From Elusimicrobiota bacterium (GTDB lineage Bacteria; Elusimicrobiota; Elusimicrobia; UBA1565), in contig JBDRPD010000029.1 of NCBI GenBank assembly GCA_043827405.1, positions 1 to 47,777 on the forward strand: DNA of 47,777 bases. The letters are read 5' to 3'. The translations under genes and the position numbers were made by a program. Positions 27,927-37,618 of the stretch are shown one piece after another. Below the pieces are notes generated by a model. That model was not told the origin of the DNA, ran no database searches, and saw only the letters and a list, made by a program, of their open reading frames with translations. Numbering within the stretch: the stretch's first letter is position 1; every line of letters starts with the position of its first letter.

Positions 27927-28745
27927 ATGCCCCAAAGCTTCGATTTCAATACCGCGCCCAAGCCCGTCCCCCGCAGCGGTCCCGGAATTTTTACCTATAT
28001 TTGCGTGGGGGTCCTTCTGATCGGTGCGATGGCGGGGCTGCAGATCCGCAATCAACTGACGGCCAAGCAGCGGGCGGAGAAAGCGGCTCCGGTCGAGTTC
28101 TCTAAAGCGGACGTGGATCTGAGCGCTCCGCGGAAGTCCGTCGAGCGGCCGGCCAATGTGCGCGGGACCGCTTCCGGGGCGCTCGGCCTCGTCCGCGAAG
28201 AGGCGCCCGCCGGGGGAAGAGGGGCGGGCGGCAGCATGCGCTATGTCGCGGAAGGGCGCGCCTCCCCCTCAAAGCGGCAGGGTCGAATGGGCTACCTGCG
28301 CGGCGACAACGACGTGATGGGGCTGGCGCCCAACAAGGGGGAGCAGGCTTTCCTCGGCAGCGAGACCAGCGATTTCTTCCGCGAAATGGTCCTCGCCGAG
28401 AGCTCGCCGCCGCTGACCTTCAGCGGTACGGGGGGACCGGAGCGGTTCACCGCGCAGATCATTCGCAGCCGGCAGGCCTGGGACATGCTGTGGCGCTCGG
28501 TGGGAGGGCATGACATGCCGCAGCCGGACTTCAAACGAGAGATGGGCGTTGCCGTTTTCGCGGGAGTGCAGCAGGCGGGCTCCGGCATCCAGATTCGTTC
28601 GGCCAAGCCGAAGGGCGGCAAGTTTATCGTGGAGTACGATATCCTGCTTCCCGTAAAGCGCCAGCCGGGCCGCAATATTCGTCCCTATCAGGTTATCGTT
28701 GTTCCCGCGACGCGCCTGCCCGTGGTTTTTCGTAAGGCGAAGTAG
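27927..28745 (+). CDS. Membrane-anchored protein with a PrcB C-terminal-like domain
   Basis: TM near the N-terminus; IIRSRQAWDMLW...PQPDFKREMGVAVFAG...PYQVIVVP matches the PrcB_C pattern. Start inferred. Confidence 0.65.
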   Translation: MPQSFDFNTAPKPVPRSGPGIFTYICVGVLLIGAMAGLQIRNQLTAKQRAEKAAPVEFSKADVDLSAPRKSVERPANVRGTASGALGLVREEAPAGGRGAGGSMRYVAEGRASPSKRQGRMGYLRGDNDVMGLAPNKGEQAFLGSETSDFFREMVLAESSPPLTFSGTGGPERFTAQIIRSRQAWDMLWRSVGGHDMPQPDFKREMGVAVFAGVQQAGSGIQIRSAKPKGGKFIVEYDILLPVKRQPGRNIRPYQVIVVPATRLPVVFRKAK

Positions 28746-29859
28746 GGGCGGGCAGCTTCCAGCGCAGGAACCGCGGGTAGTATACGCTGCTGTCGGTCAG
28801 CAGCTTGAGGAAGTCGAACCGGTTCGCCACATAGGTGACGATCATCTCGTCGCTGTCGGCGGTCAGCTGGGGATGGGCCTTGGCGGCGTAGACGAGGATG
28901 CCTTGGAGGTCGGATTCCGGGGGGCGATAAACACGGACCGTTGGGGTCCAGGGCCCTTCCGGGTGCGGCGCTCGCCGCATGCCGATCTCGGTCGCCCCGA
29001 AACCCAGCGTCTGCACCGCCAGAAACGACCGCGTCCTTTCGTCCCAGTGTACGCTGAACTCCGTCTGCCCATCCGCGAACAAGGGTTCCCGTTTGGCGGC
29101 GTCATGCCCCCAGCCTCCTTTCGCGCCGCACCACCATTGCGGGGACCGCAGATTGCCGCGGCGGGCGTCGGCGCGCTTCCAGCGCTGCAGGAATATCTTG
29201 TGTTCGGGTTCCAGCGAGCTGTAGGCGTAGACGTATCCGTCGTATACGAGCACGGCGGCTCCCGCCAGTAATCCCTTCTCCGCTTTGCCGGTACGGGCGC
29301 GGCGGATGCGCCAGGAGGGCGGGGCGTCGTCGATGTTTTCGATAGTGAGGGCCAGCCACCCGTTAAGCGCGAATCCCAGGGCGTCGCTTGTATCTTTGCG
29401 CACGCGCATAAAAAACAGCAGCGCGGACTCTTCCAGGCGGATGCCGTCCGCCGGCCACAACCACTCATCACCTTCCCCGGGGAAAAACGCAGCGGGACGG
29501 TCATTGTAGAGGCGCCATTGAAAGTGCATGGAAGCCGCGGCGGGATCGGCGCCCGTTTGCAGCGCCAGCGAGTTGTTGACCATGACCGCTTTGGCGCGGG
29601 TGGCGGAAGACAACGAAGGCGCGATAAACGAGTCGCCGAACAGCCACAGCGTGCGCTCCGCGCCCAAGTCGACCGAGAAGGCTCCGTCCCCGCCGAGCCA
29701 GCGCGGGTCTTTGTGGAACAGCGCATCGGCTTGCGGCCAGGCCCGGACCTGAACGGAGGGGGGGGGTGGCGCCGGTCCCCGGTTCGCGGCGCAGGCGCAG
29801 AGGCAGGCCGCCAGGAGCGGCACGGACTTGCGCTGGAAGCGGCAAAAGACGGAGGTCAT
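28693..29859 (-). CDS. DUF4185/DUF5005-like beta-propeller lipoprotein (glycoside-hydrolase-like)
   Basis: Lipobox-like LCAC; WLGGDGAFSVDL..TLWLFGDSF, WLWP.DG, GPWT, YAAKAHP, YYPRF. Its 3' end overlaps the convergent gene by 53 nt. Confidence 0.72.
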   Translation of the reverse strand: MTSVFCRFQRKSVPLLAACLCACAANRGPAPPPPSVQVRAWPQADALFHKDPRWLGGDGAFSVDLGAERTLWLFGDSFIAPSLSSATRAKAVMVNNSLALQTGADPAAASMHFQWRLYNDRPAAFFPGEGDEWLWPADGIRLEESALLFFMRVRKDTSDALGFALNGWLALTIENIDDAPPSWRIRRARTGKAEKGLLAGAAVLVYDGYVYAYSSLEPEHKIFLQRWKRADARRGNLRSPQWWCGAKGGWGHDAAKREPLFADGQTEFSVHWDERTRSFLAVQTLGFGATEIGMRRAPHPEGPWTPTVRVYRPPESDLQGILVYAAKAHPQLTADSDEMIVTYVANRFDFLKLLTDSSVYYPRFLRWKLPAPTSPYEKPRAGASREQR

Positions 29860-29892
29860 TCTGCCGTCGATTATAACCAAAATCACTGCGCG

Positions 29893-29921
29893 TTGACAGC
29901 GCCGGGATGGGGGTATATAAT
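29893..29921 (+). promoter_or_regulatory. Consensus sigma70 promoter at the head of the murB-ftsQAZ run
   Basis: TTGACA (29893-98) - 17 nt - TATAAT (29916-21). Confidence 0.85.
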
Positions 29922-29943
29922 GGGACGGATTTCGGGAGGTCTT

Positions 29944-30249
29944 ATGACGGGGCCGTACCGGCTTATCGCTCTCGCGCTGGCGTGCCTGTTGCCGCCGGCG
30001 CCGCTCGTTTCTCCCGTCATGGCCGGCTGGAAGGACTACCTGCGCAAGACGGCCGAGAAGGCTAAGCAGCGCAGCGGGCAGCGCCGGGAGGTCCGTACGG
30101 GGACGGTTTCGGCGGTGCGCGGGCTTGAAGAGAGCGCCGCCGACGAGACGGGCAGCGCCGATTACGCAGGTCTTGAATGGCTGGAGTCCGTTGCGGTTGC
30201 TGAGAGCGAACTGCGGCGTTTTATCCGTGAGGGGCGCCTTGCGCCTTAA
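29944..30249 (+). CDS. Small exported hypothetical protein (101 aa)
   Basis: Perfect promoter and SD GGGAGG upstream; hydrophobic leader; SAVRGL...ELRRFIREGRL. Confidence 0.7.
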   Translation: MTGPYRLIALALACLLPPAPLVSPVMAGWKDYLRKTAEKAKQRSGQRREVRTGTVSAVRGLEESAADETGSADYAGLEWLESVAVAESELRRFIREGRLAP

Positions 30250-30270
30250 GGGACCCGGCGGATTCCCGCA

Positions 30271-31173
30271 GTGAGCTGGTGCGACGACTTCATTAGGCTG
30301 TTTCCGCAAGCCCGGCTCAATGAGCCGATGCGCCGGCATTCGACTTACCGCATCGGCGGACCGGCGGATGTCTATCTCGAGGCGTGCAGCGTTGCTGACC
30401 TCGTATGCCTGTATCGGTTGACGCGTCGGCATAAGCTGCCCGTCCTCGTGCTCGGCTGGGGTTCGAATCTCCTGGTTCGGGACGGAGGCATCCGGGGCGT
30501 CGTCGTGCGTCTGCGCGGCGAATTCGAGCGCGTCGAGATGTTGGGAGAGACGATCGTGCGCGCCGGGGCGGCGGTGCGGCTGCCGCAGCTGGTGATGCGT
30601 TGCGCCGAACGCGGCTTAACGGGGGCGGAGTCTCTGGTCGGTGTGCCGGGGACGGTGGGCGGGGGACTGGTGATGAACGCGGGTACCCCGAACGGGGCGA
30701 TCGGCGACTTGGTTCGCGCGGTCGAAGTGTTCGATCCCGGATCGCTTAAGGTCCGGCGGCTGACGCGAAGCCGTATTCGCTTCGCGTACCGCAGCAGCAG
30801 TCTGCGCAAGCGCATCGTTATCGCCGGGACGCTCGAATTGCGTCGAGGAATCAAAGTTGATATAATCAAAACCGTCAAGGATTTCCAGCGCCAGCGGCAG
30901 AAGACCCAGCCCATACATACCTTCAACGTGGGCTCTGTTTTTAAGAATCCTCCCGGTTGTTTTGCGGCGAAGCTGATCCAGGACGCAGGTCTGAAGGGAA
31001 AAACTTTAAGAGGGGCGAAGGTGTCCGATTTGCACGCGAATTTCATTGAAAATTACGATCATGCGAGCGCCGCTGATGTGCTGGAGCTGGTGGCCGTGAT
31101 ACGGGATACCGTGCGCAAGCGAACAGGCATCGGCCTCGAACTGGAGATGAAGGTCGTTGGTGAGAAGGCGTAG
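30271..31173 (+). CDS. murB: UDP-N-acetylenolpyruvoylglucosamine reductase
   Basis: TYRIGGPAD, LGWGSNLL, GVPGTVGGGLVMNAG, GSVFKNP, HANFI. Confidence 0.96.
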   Translation: MSWCDDFIRLFPQARLNEPMRRHSTYRIGGPADVYLEACSVADLVCLYRLTRRHKLPVLVLGWGSNLLVRDGGIRGVVVRLRGEFERVEMLGETIVRAGAAVRLPQLVMRCAERGLTGAESLVGVPGTVGGGLVMNAGTPNGAIGDLVRAVEVFDPGSLKVRRLTRSRIRFAYRSSSLRKRIVIAGTLELRRGIKVDIIKTVKDFQRQRQKTQPIHTFNVGSVFKNPPGCFAAKLIQDAGLKGKTLRGAKVSDLHANFIENYDHASAADVLELVAVIRDTVRKRTGIGLELEMKVVGEKA

Positions 31174-31948
31174 GGCGAAGCTGAGACCCAAGGTTCGCAA
31201 GCAAAGACGCGGCTATGCCGGCATCGCGGCCGCCGCTGTTGCGGTCATGCTGTCATTGGTGCTGCTGCTGCGGGCGAAGCCGTGGGAGCGGGTGCGGTGG
31301 AGCGCCTTGCGGGTGCCTCTGCCGCGGGCGGCCTCCGTCGATAAATTGGAAATCGAGGCCGCGCCGGCCGGAGCCGCCGCCGGGATTCTTGAGGCGACGG
31401 GATGGCGGTCCGGCGACCGCTGGGGTTTGTTTGAAGCGCGGCGGGTTCGGGCGCGGCTGGAAGAGCGTTTCCGCTACGTCCGTGAAGCACGCGTACGGCG
31501 GTCATGGATGCGGCGTTCGGTGAAGGTCACGCTCGTCCTGCGGGAGCCGGTGGCGCGTATTACGGGCGGCGGGCTGCTGAGCCGCGACGGTATTCGTTTT
31601 ACGGCGCCTGAAGAGCTGTTCGGCGCGGCGGAGCTCCCGGAGGTGGATATGGGGGCGCTCCCGGCGGAGACGGATCTGCGGCCGCTGAGCCGGCTGCTGG
31701 CGGTCGCACAGTCGGCGGGCACTCTGCCCGCGCGGTTGGTGCGCTTTGAGCACGCGGCGCAGGAGAACGGCTGGGTGGCGCGATTGGAGGACGGAACCCG
31801 CCTGCTTTGGGGCCGGCTGGAGTGGACCGAGGAAAAATTTGTCCGTTTGGCCGAGGTGCTGGCGGATGCGGGACCGCGTTTTAGCGGTGATTTAACGGCG
31901 GATCTGAGACATTTTGAGGATGGAAAGATTCTCGTCCGCCCGAGGTGA
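31157..31948 (+). CDS. ftsQ: Cell division protein FtsQ/DivIB-like
   Basis: Basic N-terminus, TM, POTRA-like segment, REPVA, C-terminal DLR; lies between murB and ftsA. Confidence 0.75.
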   Translation: MVRRRRAKLRPKVRKQRRGYAGIAAAAVAVMLSLVLLLRAKPWERVRWSALRVPLPRAASVDKLEIEAAPAGAAAGILEATGWRSGDRWGLFEARRVRARLEERFRYVREARVRRSWMRRSVKVTLVLREPVARITGGGLLSRDGIRFTAPEELFGAAELPEVDMGALPAETDLRPLSRLLAVAQSAGTLPARLVRFEHAAQENGWVARLEDGTRLLWGRLEWTEEKFVRLAEVLADAGPRFSGDLTADLRHFEDGKILVRPR

Positions 31949-31955
31949 ATGAAGT

Positions 31956-33191
31956 ATGGCCAAACCTGATCTGATCACTGGGCTCGATATGGGGAGCGGC
32001 CGCATCTCTTGCGTGATCGGTACTCCGGATCCCGAAGGGCAAGGCATGCGGATCCTGGGCGGCGCGCATATGCCATGCCGCGGACTCAAAGGCGGAGTGG
32101 TCCTCAATATCCACGAGACCGCGCGTGTTGTGCGCGCCGTGGTCGAGAAAGCGGAAGAAGAGGCCCAGCAGATGATCCAAGGAGTTTACCTGGGTGTCCG
32201 CGGCAGCCATCTGCATTCATTCAACAACCGCGGAGCGATCAATATCGCCCGTACCGACAAGGAGATTACCGCCGAGGATGTCGCGGCGGTTATTGAGACG
32301 GCGAAGGCGGTGGCGATCTCTTCCGACCGTGAGATTCTTGATGTTATCCCCCAGGGTTTCGCGCTGGATCGCGAGCGGGGAGTCCCGGATCCGGTCGGGA
32401 TGGAGGGATCGCTTCTCGATGTCGAGGTCCACATCATTACGGCGTCCCGAAGCCATCTGAGCAATCTGACGAAGGCCGTCGCGGAGGCGGGCTTCGACGT
32501 GATCGAGCCGGTCTATAGTCTGCTGGCGCTGGGTGAGTTTATCGTCTCCGCCGAGGAACGCGAGTTGGGCGCGCTGCTGCTGGATTTCGGCGGACAGTCG
32601 ATCTCCCTGGGGATATATTCCGAGGGCGGGATCGTGTTCTCCAAAGAGCTGGCGATCGGCTCGGATTTTATCACTCGCGACCTGGCCGTTGGTCTGCGAA
32701 CGAATATGCCGACCGCCGAGACGCTCAAGATCAAATACGGCGTCGCGCATCCGAGCCTTGTCAACGGCGACAGCGAGATACAGTTTAAAGGCGTGGACGG
32801 GCGTACCAGCCATACGATCAAAACGAGCACGATGACCAATATTATCCTGCCGCGCGTGGAAGAGATCTTTACGGTTGTGAGCGAAGAGGTCCAGAACTCG
32901 CAGTTCGCTGATTCCGTCGTCCCCGGCGGCGCCATTCTGTCCGGCGGGGGCGCGCTGCTTAACGGTATCCCGCTGGCCGCTGAGCAGATTATGAACATGC
33001 CGGCACGGATGGGGCTCCCGCATCCTGAGCTCGTGTCGTCTCCGGATAAATACCTCGATGCGAAGTACGCGACGGCGCTGAGCCTTGTGTGCTATCCTCA
33101 ATCGAACAACTTTCATTCGTACAGCCGGGTGGACAATCAGGAGCCGCGCTGGATGCGGAAGATGAAAAGTTTCTTCAAGGATTTTTTCTAG
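31956..33191 (+). CDS. ftsA: Cell division protein FtsA
   Basis: GLDMGSG, GLKGGVV, DPVGMEG, LLDFGG, ILSGGGA, amphipathic C-terminal helix. Confidence 0.96.
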   Translation: MAKPDLITGLDMGSGRISCVIGTPDPEGQGMRILGGAHMPCRGLKGGVVLNIHETARVVRAVVEKAEEEAQQMIQGVYLGVRGSHLHSFNNRGAINIARTDKEITAEDVAAVIETAKAVAISSDREILDVIPQGFALDRERGVPDPVGMEGSLLDVEVHIITASRSHLSNLTKAVAEAGFDVIEPVYSLLALGEFIVSAEERELGALLLDFGGQSISLGIYSEGGIVFSKELAIGSDFITRDLAVGLRTNMPTAETLKIKYGVAHPSLVNGDSEIQFKGVDGRTSHTIKTSTMTNIILPRVEEIFTVVSEEVQNSQFADSVVPGGAILSGGGALLNGIPLAAEQIMNMPARMGLPHPELVSSPDKYLDAKYATALSLVCYPQSNNFHSYSRVDNQEPRWMRKMKSFFKDFF

Positions 33192-33194
33192 CCC

Positions 33195-34334
33195 ATGGTG
33201 CGTATTCGCTGCACGGAAGAGCCCACGCAGCTCAAGGCGGTGATTAAGGTTATCGGTTTGGGCGGGGCCGGCGGCAATGCCGTCAACCGTATGGTGGACG
33301 CCGGAATCCGCGATGTCGAGCGCATCGCGGCGAATACCGACGCTCAGGATCTGCGGCGCAGCCGTGCCGATATTATCATCCAGATGGGCGAGAGCATAAC
33401 CCGGGGTCTCGGCGTCGGCGGGGACCCCGAGAAGGGGCGCCTGGCGGCGTTGGAATCCAAGGAGCATATTCGCGAGGTCCTGCAGGGCGCGGATCTGGTG
33501 TTCGTGACGGCGGGCATGGGCGGCGGGACCGGGACCGGCTCGGCGCCTATCGCCGCGCAGATCGCGCGCGAAGCCAACGCTCTGACCATCGGCGTCGTGA
33601 CCCGTCCGTTTCACTTCGAGGGCCAGGTCCGCGCCAATCAGGCGGAGATCGGCATCAAGCAGCTGCGCGACTGCGTGGATACGCTGCTCGTGATTCCCAA
33701 TGACCGGCTTTTCGACGTTATCGACGAAGGTACTTCGAGCGACGATGCGTTTCGCCGGGCTGACGAGGTCCTGCGCCAAGCGGTGCAGTCCATTTCGGAC
33801 GTGATTACGACCGAAGGGAATATTAATATGGACCTCAACGACATCAAGGCCATTATGACCGGGGCGGGCGAGGCGTTGATGGGGGTCGGCGAATCCGAAG
33901 GCCCCAATCGTTCCATGGAAGCGGCGCAGGCGGCGATCACTTCGCCGCTGCTGGAGAACGTCTCCATCGACGGAGCTAAAGGGCTGATAGTGAATTTTGT
34001 CAGCAGCCGAAAACTCGTCCTGGCGGATATTCGTGAGGCGATGGATTTTGTGTCCCGTGCGGCCAGTCCGGAAGCCAAGATCAAGTTCGGACAGGCGTAC
34101 GACGAGGCGATGGGCGAAAAGCTGCGCGTAACGGTGATCGCTACGGGTTTCCCGCCGGCCCGGCGCAAGGCTTTCAGCCCCTTTGGCGCCCGGGGTGGAA
34201 GCCGGCTGCCGTATGCGGCCGCGGAAGGTTTCGACAAGCGTGGGCCATCCTCCGCGCCCAGCGGCGGTCCCAGTTCGCCGCGGGATTGGAACAAGCCCGC
34301 GTTCATGCGGTGGAAAGTGCGCAAGCTTAAATAA
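33195..34334 (+). CDS. ftsZ: Cell division protein FtsZ
   Basis: IKVIGLGGAGGNAVN, GMGGGTGTG, PFHFEG, VTVIATG, C-terminal PAFMR. Confidence 0.98.
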   Translation: MVRIRCTEEPTQLKAVIKVIGLGGAGGNAVNRMVDAGIRDVERIAANTDAQDLRRSRADIIIQMGESITRGLGVGGDPEKGRLAALESKEHIREVLQGADLVFVTAGMGGGTGTGSAPIAAQIAREANALTIGVVTRPFHFEGQVRANQAEIGIKQLRDCVDTLLVIPNDRLFDVIDEGTSSDDAFRRADEVLRQAVQSISDVITTEGNINMDLNDIKAIMTGAGEALMGVGESEGPNRSMEAAQAAITSPLLENVSIDGAKGLIVNFVSSRKLVLADIREAMDFVSRAASPEAKIKFGQAYDEAMGEKLRVTVIATGFPPARRKAFSPFGARGGSRLPYAAAEGFDKRGPSSAPSGGPSSPRDWNKPAFMRWKVRKLK

Positions 34335-34348
34335 TTCAGGAGATCGTT

Positions 34349-35425
34349 ATGGATATGCAGACTCTTCTTCAGACCCTGATCAACAAGCACGGCAGCGACC
34401 TGCATGTCCGGGCCGGCGGGCCCGCGTATATCCGGGTCGACGGCAAGCTGGCGCCTTGCGGCGAGGTGCTGTCGAACGAGGAAGTCGAGGCGATGGTCGC
34501 CAAGGTGATCACGCCGCGGGCGAAGAGAATATTCGCCGAGAAGTTTGAGGCCGACTTTTCGTTTCAGGTGGGAGAGATCGCGCGTTTCCGTGTCAACGTG
34601 TTCCGGCGGATGGGCAAGCTGGCAATGGCGATACGCTACATCAGTATGAAAATCCCGAAGGTCGAGGAGCTGCGGCTGCCGGCCGCGACGATCCGCAAGA
34701 TCGCCGACAACCAGCGCGGCATGGTGCTGGTTACCGGCGTAACCGGATCGGGGAAGTCTTCGTCGCTGGCCGCGATCATCGACTACATTAACGCCAACCG
34801 CTCGGAGCATATCCTCACTATTGAGGATCCTATCGAGTTCGTGCATAAGGACCAGAAATCGATCATCAGCCAGCGGGAGATCGGCGAGGACACGTTTGAC
34901 TTCGCCGATGCGCTCAAGATGGCGATGCGCCAGGATCCGGATGTAATTCTTATGGGTGAAATGCGCGATGCCGAAAGTGTTTCGGCGGCGATCACCGCGG
35001 CGCAGACGGGCCATCTCGTCTTTGGAACCTTGCATACGATCGACGCGGTACAGACGGTGTCGCGCATTATCGATCTATATCCGCCGCATCAGCAGGGGCT
35101 GATGCGGCTGCAGCTGGCCGATACCTTGAAGGCGGTGATCAGCCAGCGCCTGCTGCCGTGTCTTAAGGGGGGACGAATCCCCTCCTGCGAAATCATGATC
35201 GTCACCGCGCACGTGAAGAAGCAGATCGAGGATAACAACGGTACGGGGCTCATCGAGGCGATCAACAAAGGGCAGTTCTACGGCATGCAGAGCTTTAACA
35301 CATCTCTCGTCAAGCTTTACAAAGAGGGCCTGGTCAGCGAAGAGGATGTCCTCGAGGCGGCGTCCAACCCGGATGACGTCAAGCTGGCGATGCGCGGTAT
35401 CGAGCAGGAAGTACGTCAGGGATAA
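34349..35425 (+). CDS. pilT: PilT/PilU-family type IV pilus ATPase
   Basis: SDLH, RFRVN, GVTGSGKS, TIEDPIE, RQDPDVILMGEMRD, TGHLVFGTLHT, GMQSF. Confidence 0.9.
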   Translation: MDMQTLLQTLINKHGSDLHVRAGGPAYIRVDGKLAPCGEVLSNEEVEAMVAKVITPRAKRIFAEKFEADFSFQVGEIARFRVNVFRRMGKLAMAIRYISMKIPKVEELRLPAATIRKIADNQRGMVLVTGVTGSGKSSSLAAIIDYINANRSEHILTIEDPIEFVHKDQKSIISQREIGEDTFDFADALKMAMRQDPDVILMGEMRDAESVSAAITAAQTGHLVFGTLHTIDAVQTVSRIIDLYPPHQQGLMRLQLADTLKAVISQRLLPCLKGGRIPSCEIMIVTAHVKKQIEDNNGTGLIEAINKGQFYGMQSFNTSLVKLYKEGLVSEEDVLEAASNPDDVKLAMRGIEQEVRQG

Positions 35426-35449
35426 AATCTCAGCGAGGAGAATGGGGAC

Positions 35450-36205
35450 ATGTTTGCAGAGGGATATATCGGCATCGCGGGAACAATCGGCGTCGGAAAA
35501 TCGACCCTGACCACGGAACTGGCGCGAGCGCTGAACTTCGAGCCAATTTTGGAGGAAGTCGACGGAAACCCCTACCTGGAGCCTTTCTACGGGGATATGA
35601 AGGAATTCGGGACGATGATGCAGGTTTGGTTGCTGAATCACCGGTTCCGCCAGCACCGGGAGTTCGTTACGCGCATCAGCCTCGGCAAGATTCGCGGGGT
35701 GGTGCAGGACCGGACGATCTGGGAGGATACCATCTTCGCCCGCATGCTCAACCGGCATCCCGCCAAGATCATCACCGATCTCGATTACAATACCTATCTC
35801 GACCTGTTCGACAATATGGTTCTGCGCGAGCTGGTATTTCCGCAGATTCTCATCTATTTGGACTGCCGGCCGGAGACCGCCGCTGAGCGCATTTCGAGCC
35901 GCGGCCGAGTGATGGAGAAGAGCATCGACATGGAGTACCTGCGGATGCTGAAGATGAACTACGAGGAGTTTATCGGCGAGATGGAGAGCGCCGGTGTCCG
36001 CATCCTCCGCTTGAACTGGGAGGAGTTCATCCCGATCAGTGAGGTGGTGCGGCTGATCCACGAGTACAGTCTAAAGCCCTCCAGCTTTACCAAGTGGGTC
36101 CGCCCGATGCGGCGTCCCCCCAAGCTGGAGCCCAAGCCTCTGGGCCAGAAGAAGGATGGGCAGGACGAGACCACGGAACCCACCGAGAGGTATGCCGAAG
36201 TCTGA
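35450..36205 (+). CDS. Deoxynucleoside kinase
   Basis: GTIGVGKST, NPYLEPFY, QDRTIWED, RISSRGR; SD GAGGAG. Confidence 0.9.
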   Translation: MFAEGYIGIAGTIGVGKSTLTTELARALNFEPILEEVDGNPYLEPFYGDMKEFGTMMQVWLLNHRFRQHREFVTRISLGKIRGVVQDRTIWEDTIFARMLNRHPAKIITDLDYNTYLDLFDNMVLRELVFPQILIYLDCRPETAAERISSRGRVMEKSIDMEYLRMLKMNYEEFIGEMESAGVRILRLNWEEFIPISEVVRLIHEYSLKPSSFTKWVRPMRRPPKLEPKPLGQKKDGQDETTEPTERYAEV

Positions 36206-36920
36206 TGTGCGGTTAATGGAAAAAGCATCCGCAGCGGTCTGGACGGAAAGAGACGGTCTCTTCCGCGAAGATTCGCTAGCTCGCCGCGGCATCTCTCACG
36301 GCGTTACCCATCGGAATTTGGGGGATATGAAGGATCCCGGGCGTCGTCGTGAAGCGCTGGCGGCGGCGGGCCTTGGCCCCGAAGTTTTTACCCTGAGTCA
36401 GGTGCACGGAACACGAATCCATCGGCCGGTAGAAGGGCTGGACGGGGCGGAGGGGGATGGCTGGCTGTCCGATGAGCCGGGACGATGTATGGGTGTTTTT
36501 GTCGCCGACTGCCTGCCGTTGTTCATGTGGAGCGAGAGCGGCGGGAGCGCGGGTGTTTTCCATGCGGGATGGCGAGGGGTGGCGGACGGCATCGCCGGCG
36601 CCGCCGTCCGCGCTTTTGCCGACCTCGGCTGCGCCGGCAAAACCTTGGCGGCGGCGGTCGGACCGCATATCGGCGCCTGCTGCTACGAGGTTGGTCCGGA
36701 ACTGAGGGAGCGTTTTAGCGGCGAGAGCTTCCGTGATGAGGCCCAGACGCATTTGGACCTCGGCCGGGAAGTCGCCGCGCAGCTGGTTGCGGCGGGATTG
36801 GATCCCGGCCGCATCTCGGTGTCGGGCGACTGTACCGCGTGCGGCGTCGATAAATTCTTCTCCTACCGTCGCGACGGGAAAATGCAGAGGATGCTCGCAT
36901 GGATAGCGGTACCGGCGTGA
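36192..36920 (+). CDS. pgeF: PgeF/YfiH-family protein
   Basis: QVHG, VADCLP, HAGWRG, GPHIGACCYEV, CTAC, FFSYRR. Start is 36192 or 36216. Confidence 0.92.
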   Translation: MPKSDVRLMEKASAAVWTERDGLFREDSLARRGISHGVTHRNLGDMKDPGRRREALAAAGLGPEVFTLSQVHGTRIHRPVEGLDGAEGDGWLSDEPGRCMGVFVADCLPLFMWSESGGSAGVFHAGWRGVADGIAGAAVRAFADLGCAGKTLAAAVGPHIGACCYEVGPELRERFSGESFRDEAQTHLDLGREVAAQLVAAGLDPGRISVSGDCTACGVDKFFSYRRDGKMQRMLAWIAVPA

Positions 36921-37618
36921 CTCGGCGCGGCCTGATTATCGCGATGGACGGTCCCGCCGGGGTAGGGAAGTCGACGGTCGGCGGCCTGGTGGCCAAGAGA
37001 CTGGGCTACCGCTTCATCAACACCGGGGAGATGTATCGTGCTCTCACCTGGAAGGCGCTGGAGGAGGGCGTCGACCTTTCCGACGGCAAGGCGCTGACGC
37101 GGTTGGCGCACCGTTTGCGGTGGGAGTTCAAGTGCAATGAGGATGGAGTCATCATCCGCACTTTTATTGACGGGGTAGGCGTTACGCAGAAGATCCGTGA
37201 GGAGCGGGTTGGCCGGAATTCGAGCATCGTCGCCGGCGTCGCCGGCGTTCGCCGGCACCTGCGGATGCTGCAGCGGCGTCTGGGCGACGGCGGCAAGATC
37301 GTTATGGAAGGGCGTGATATTACGACGAGCGTATTTCCGGATGCCGACTTCAAGATTTATTTGGACGGCTCGATCGAAGAGCGTGCGCTGCGGCGAACGA
37401 AGCAGCTGAGAGCCCAGGGGAAGAAGGTCTCCCTTGAGGAAATTAAGCAGGGCATCATTCAGCGGGATTCCGGCGATCAGCAAAGGCGCATCAATCCCCT
37501 GTGCAAAGCGAAGGATGCGATCGTTATCGATTCGACTAACCTGAAAATGAACGAGGTGGCGGATAAGATTTTACGTCTGATCAAGCGGCGTAAGGGGACG
37601 CGCCCGCCGCAATCGTGA
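36917..37618 (+). CDS. cmk: Cytidylate kinase
   Basis: IAMDGPAGVGKST, TGEMYRA, MEGRDI..VFPDA; GTGA overlap. Confidence 0.95.
   Translation: MTRRGLIIAMDGPAGVGKSTVGGLVAKRLGYRFINTGEMYRALTWKALEEGVDLSDGKALTRLAHRLRWEFKCNEDGVIIRTFIDGVGVTQKIREERVGRNSSIVAGVAGVRRHLRMLQRRLGDGGKIVMEGRDITTSVFPDADFKIYLDGSIEERALRRTKQLRAQGKKVSLEEIKQGIIQRDSGDQQRRINPLCKAKDAIVIDSTNLKMNEVADKILRLIKRRKGTRPPQS

Noticed and set aside
32217..36061. Long - strand ORFs (520, 465 and 328 aa)
   Set aside because: Antisense to ftsA, ftsZ, pilT and dNK, which have unambiguous motifs.
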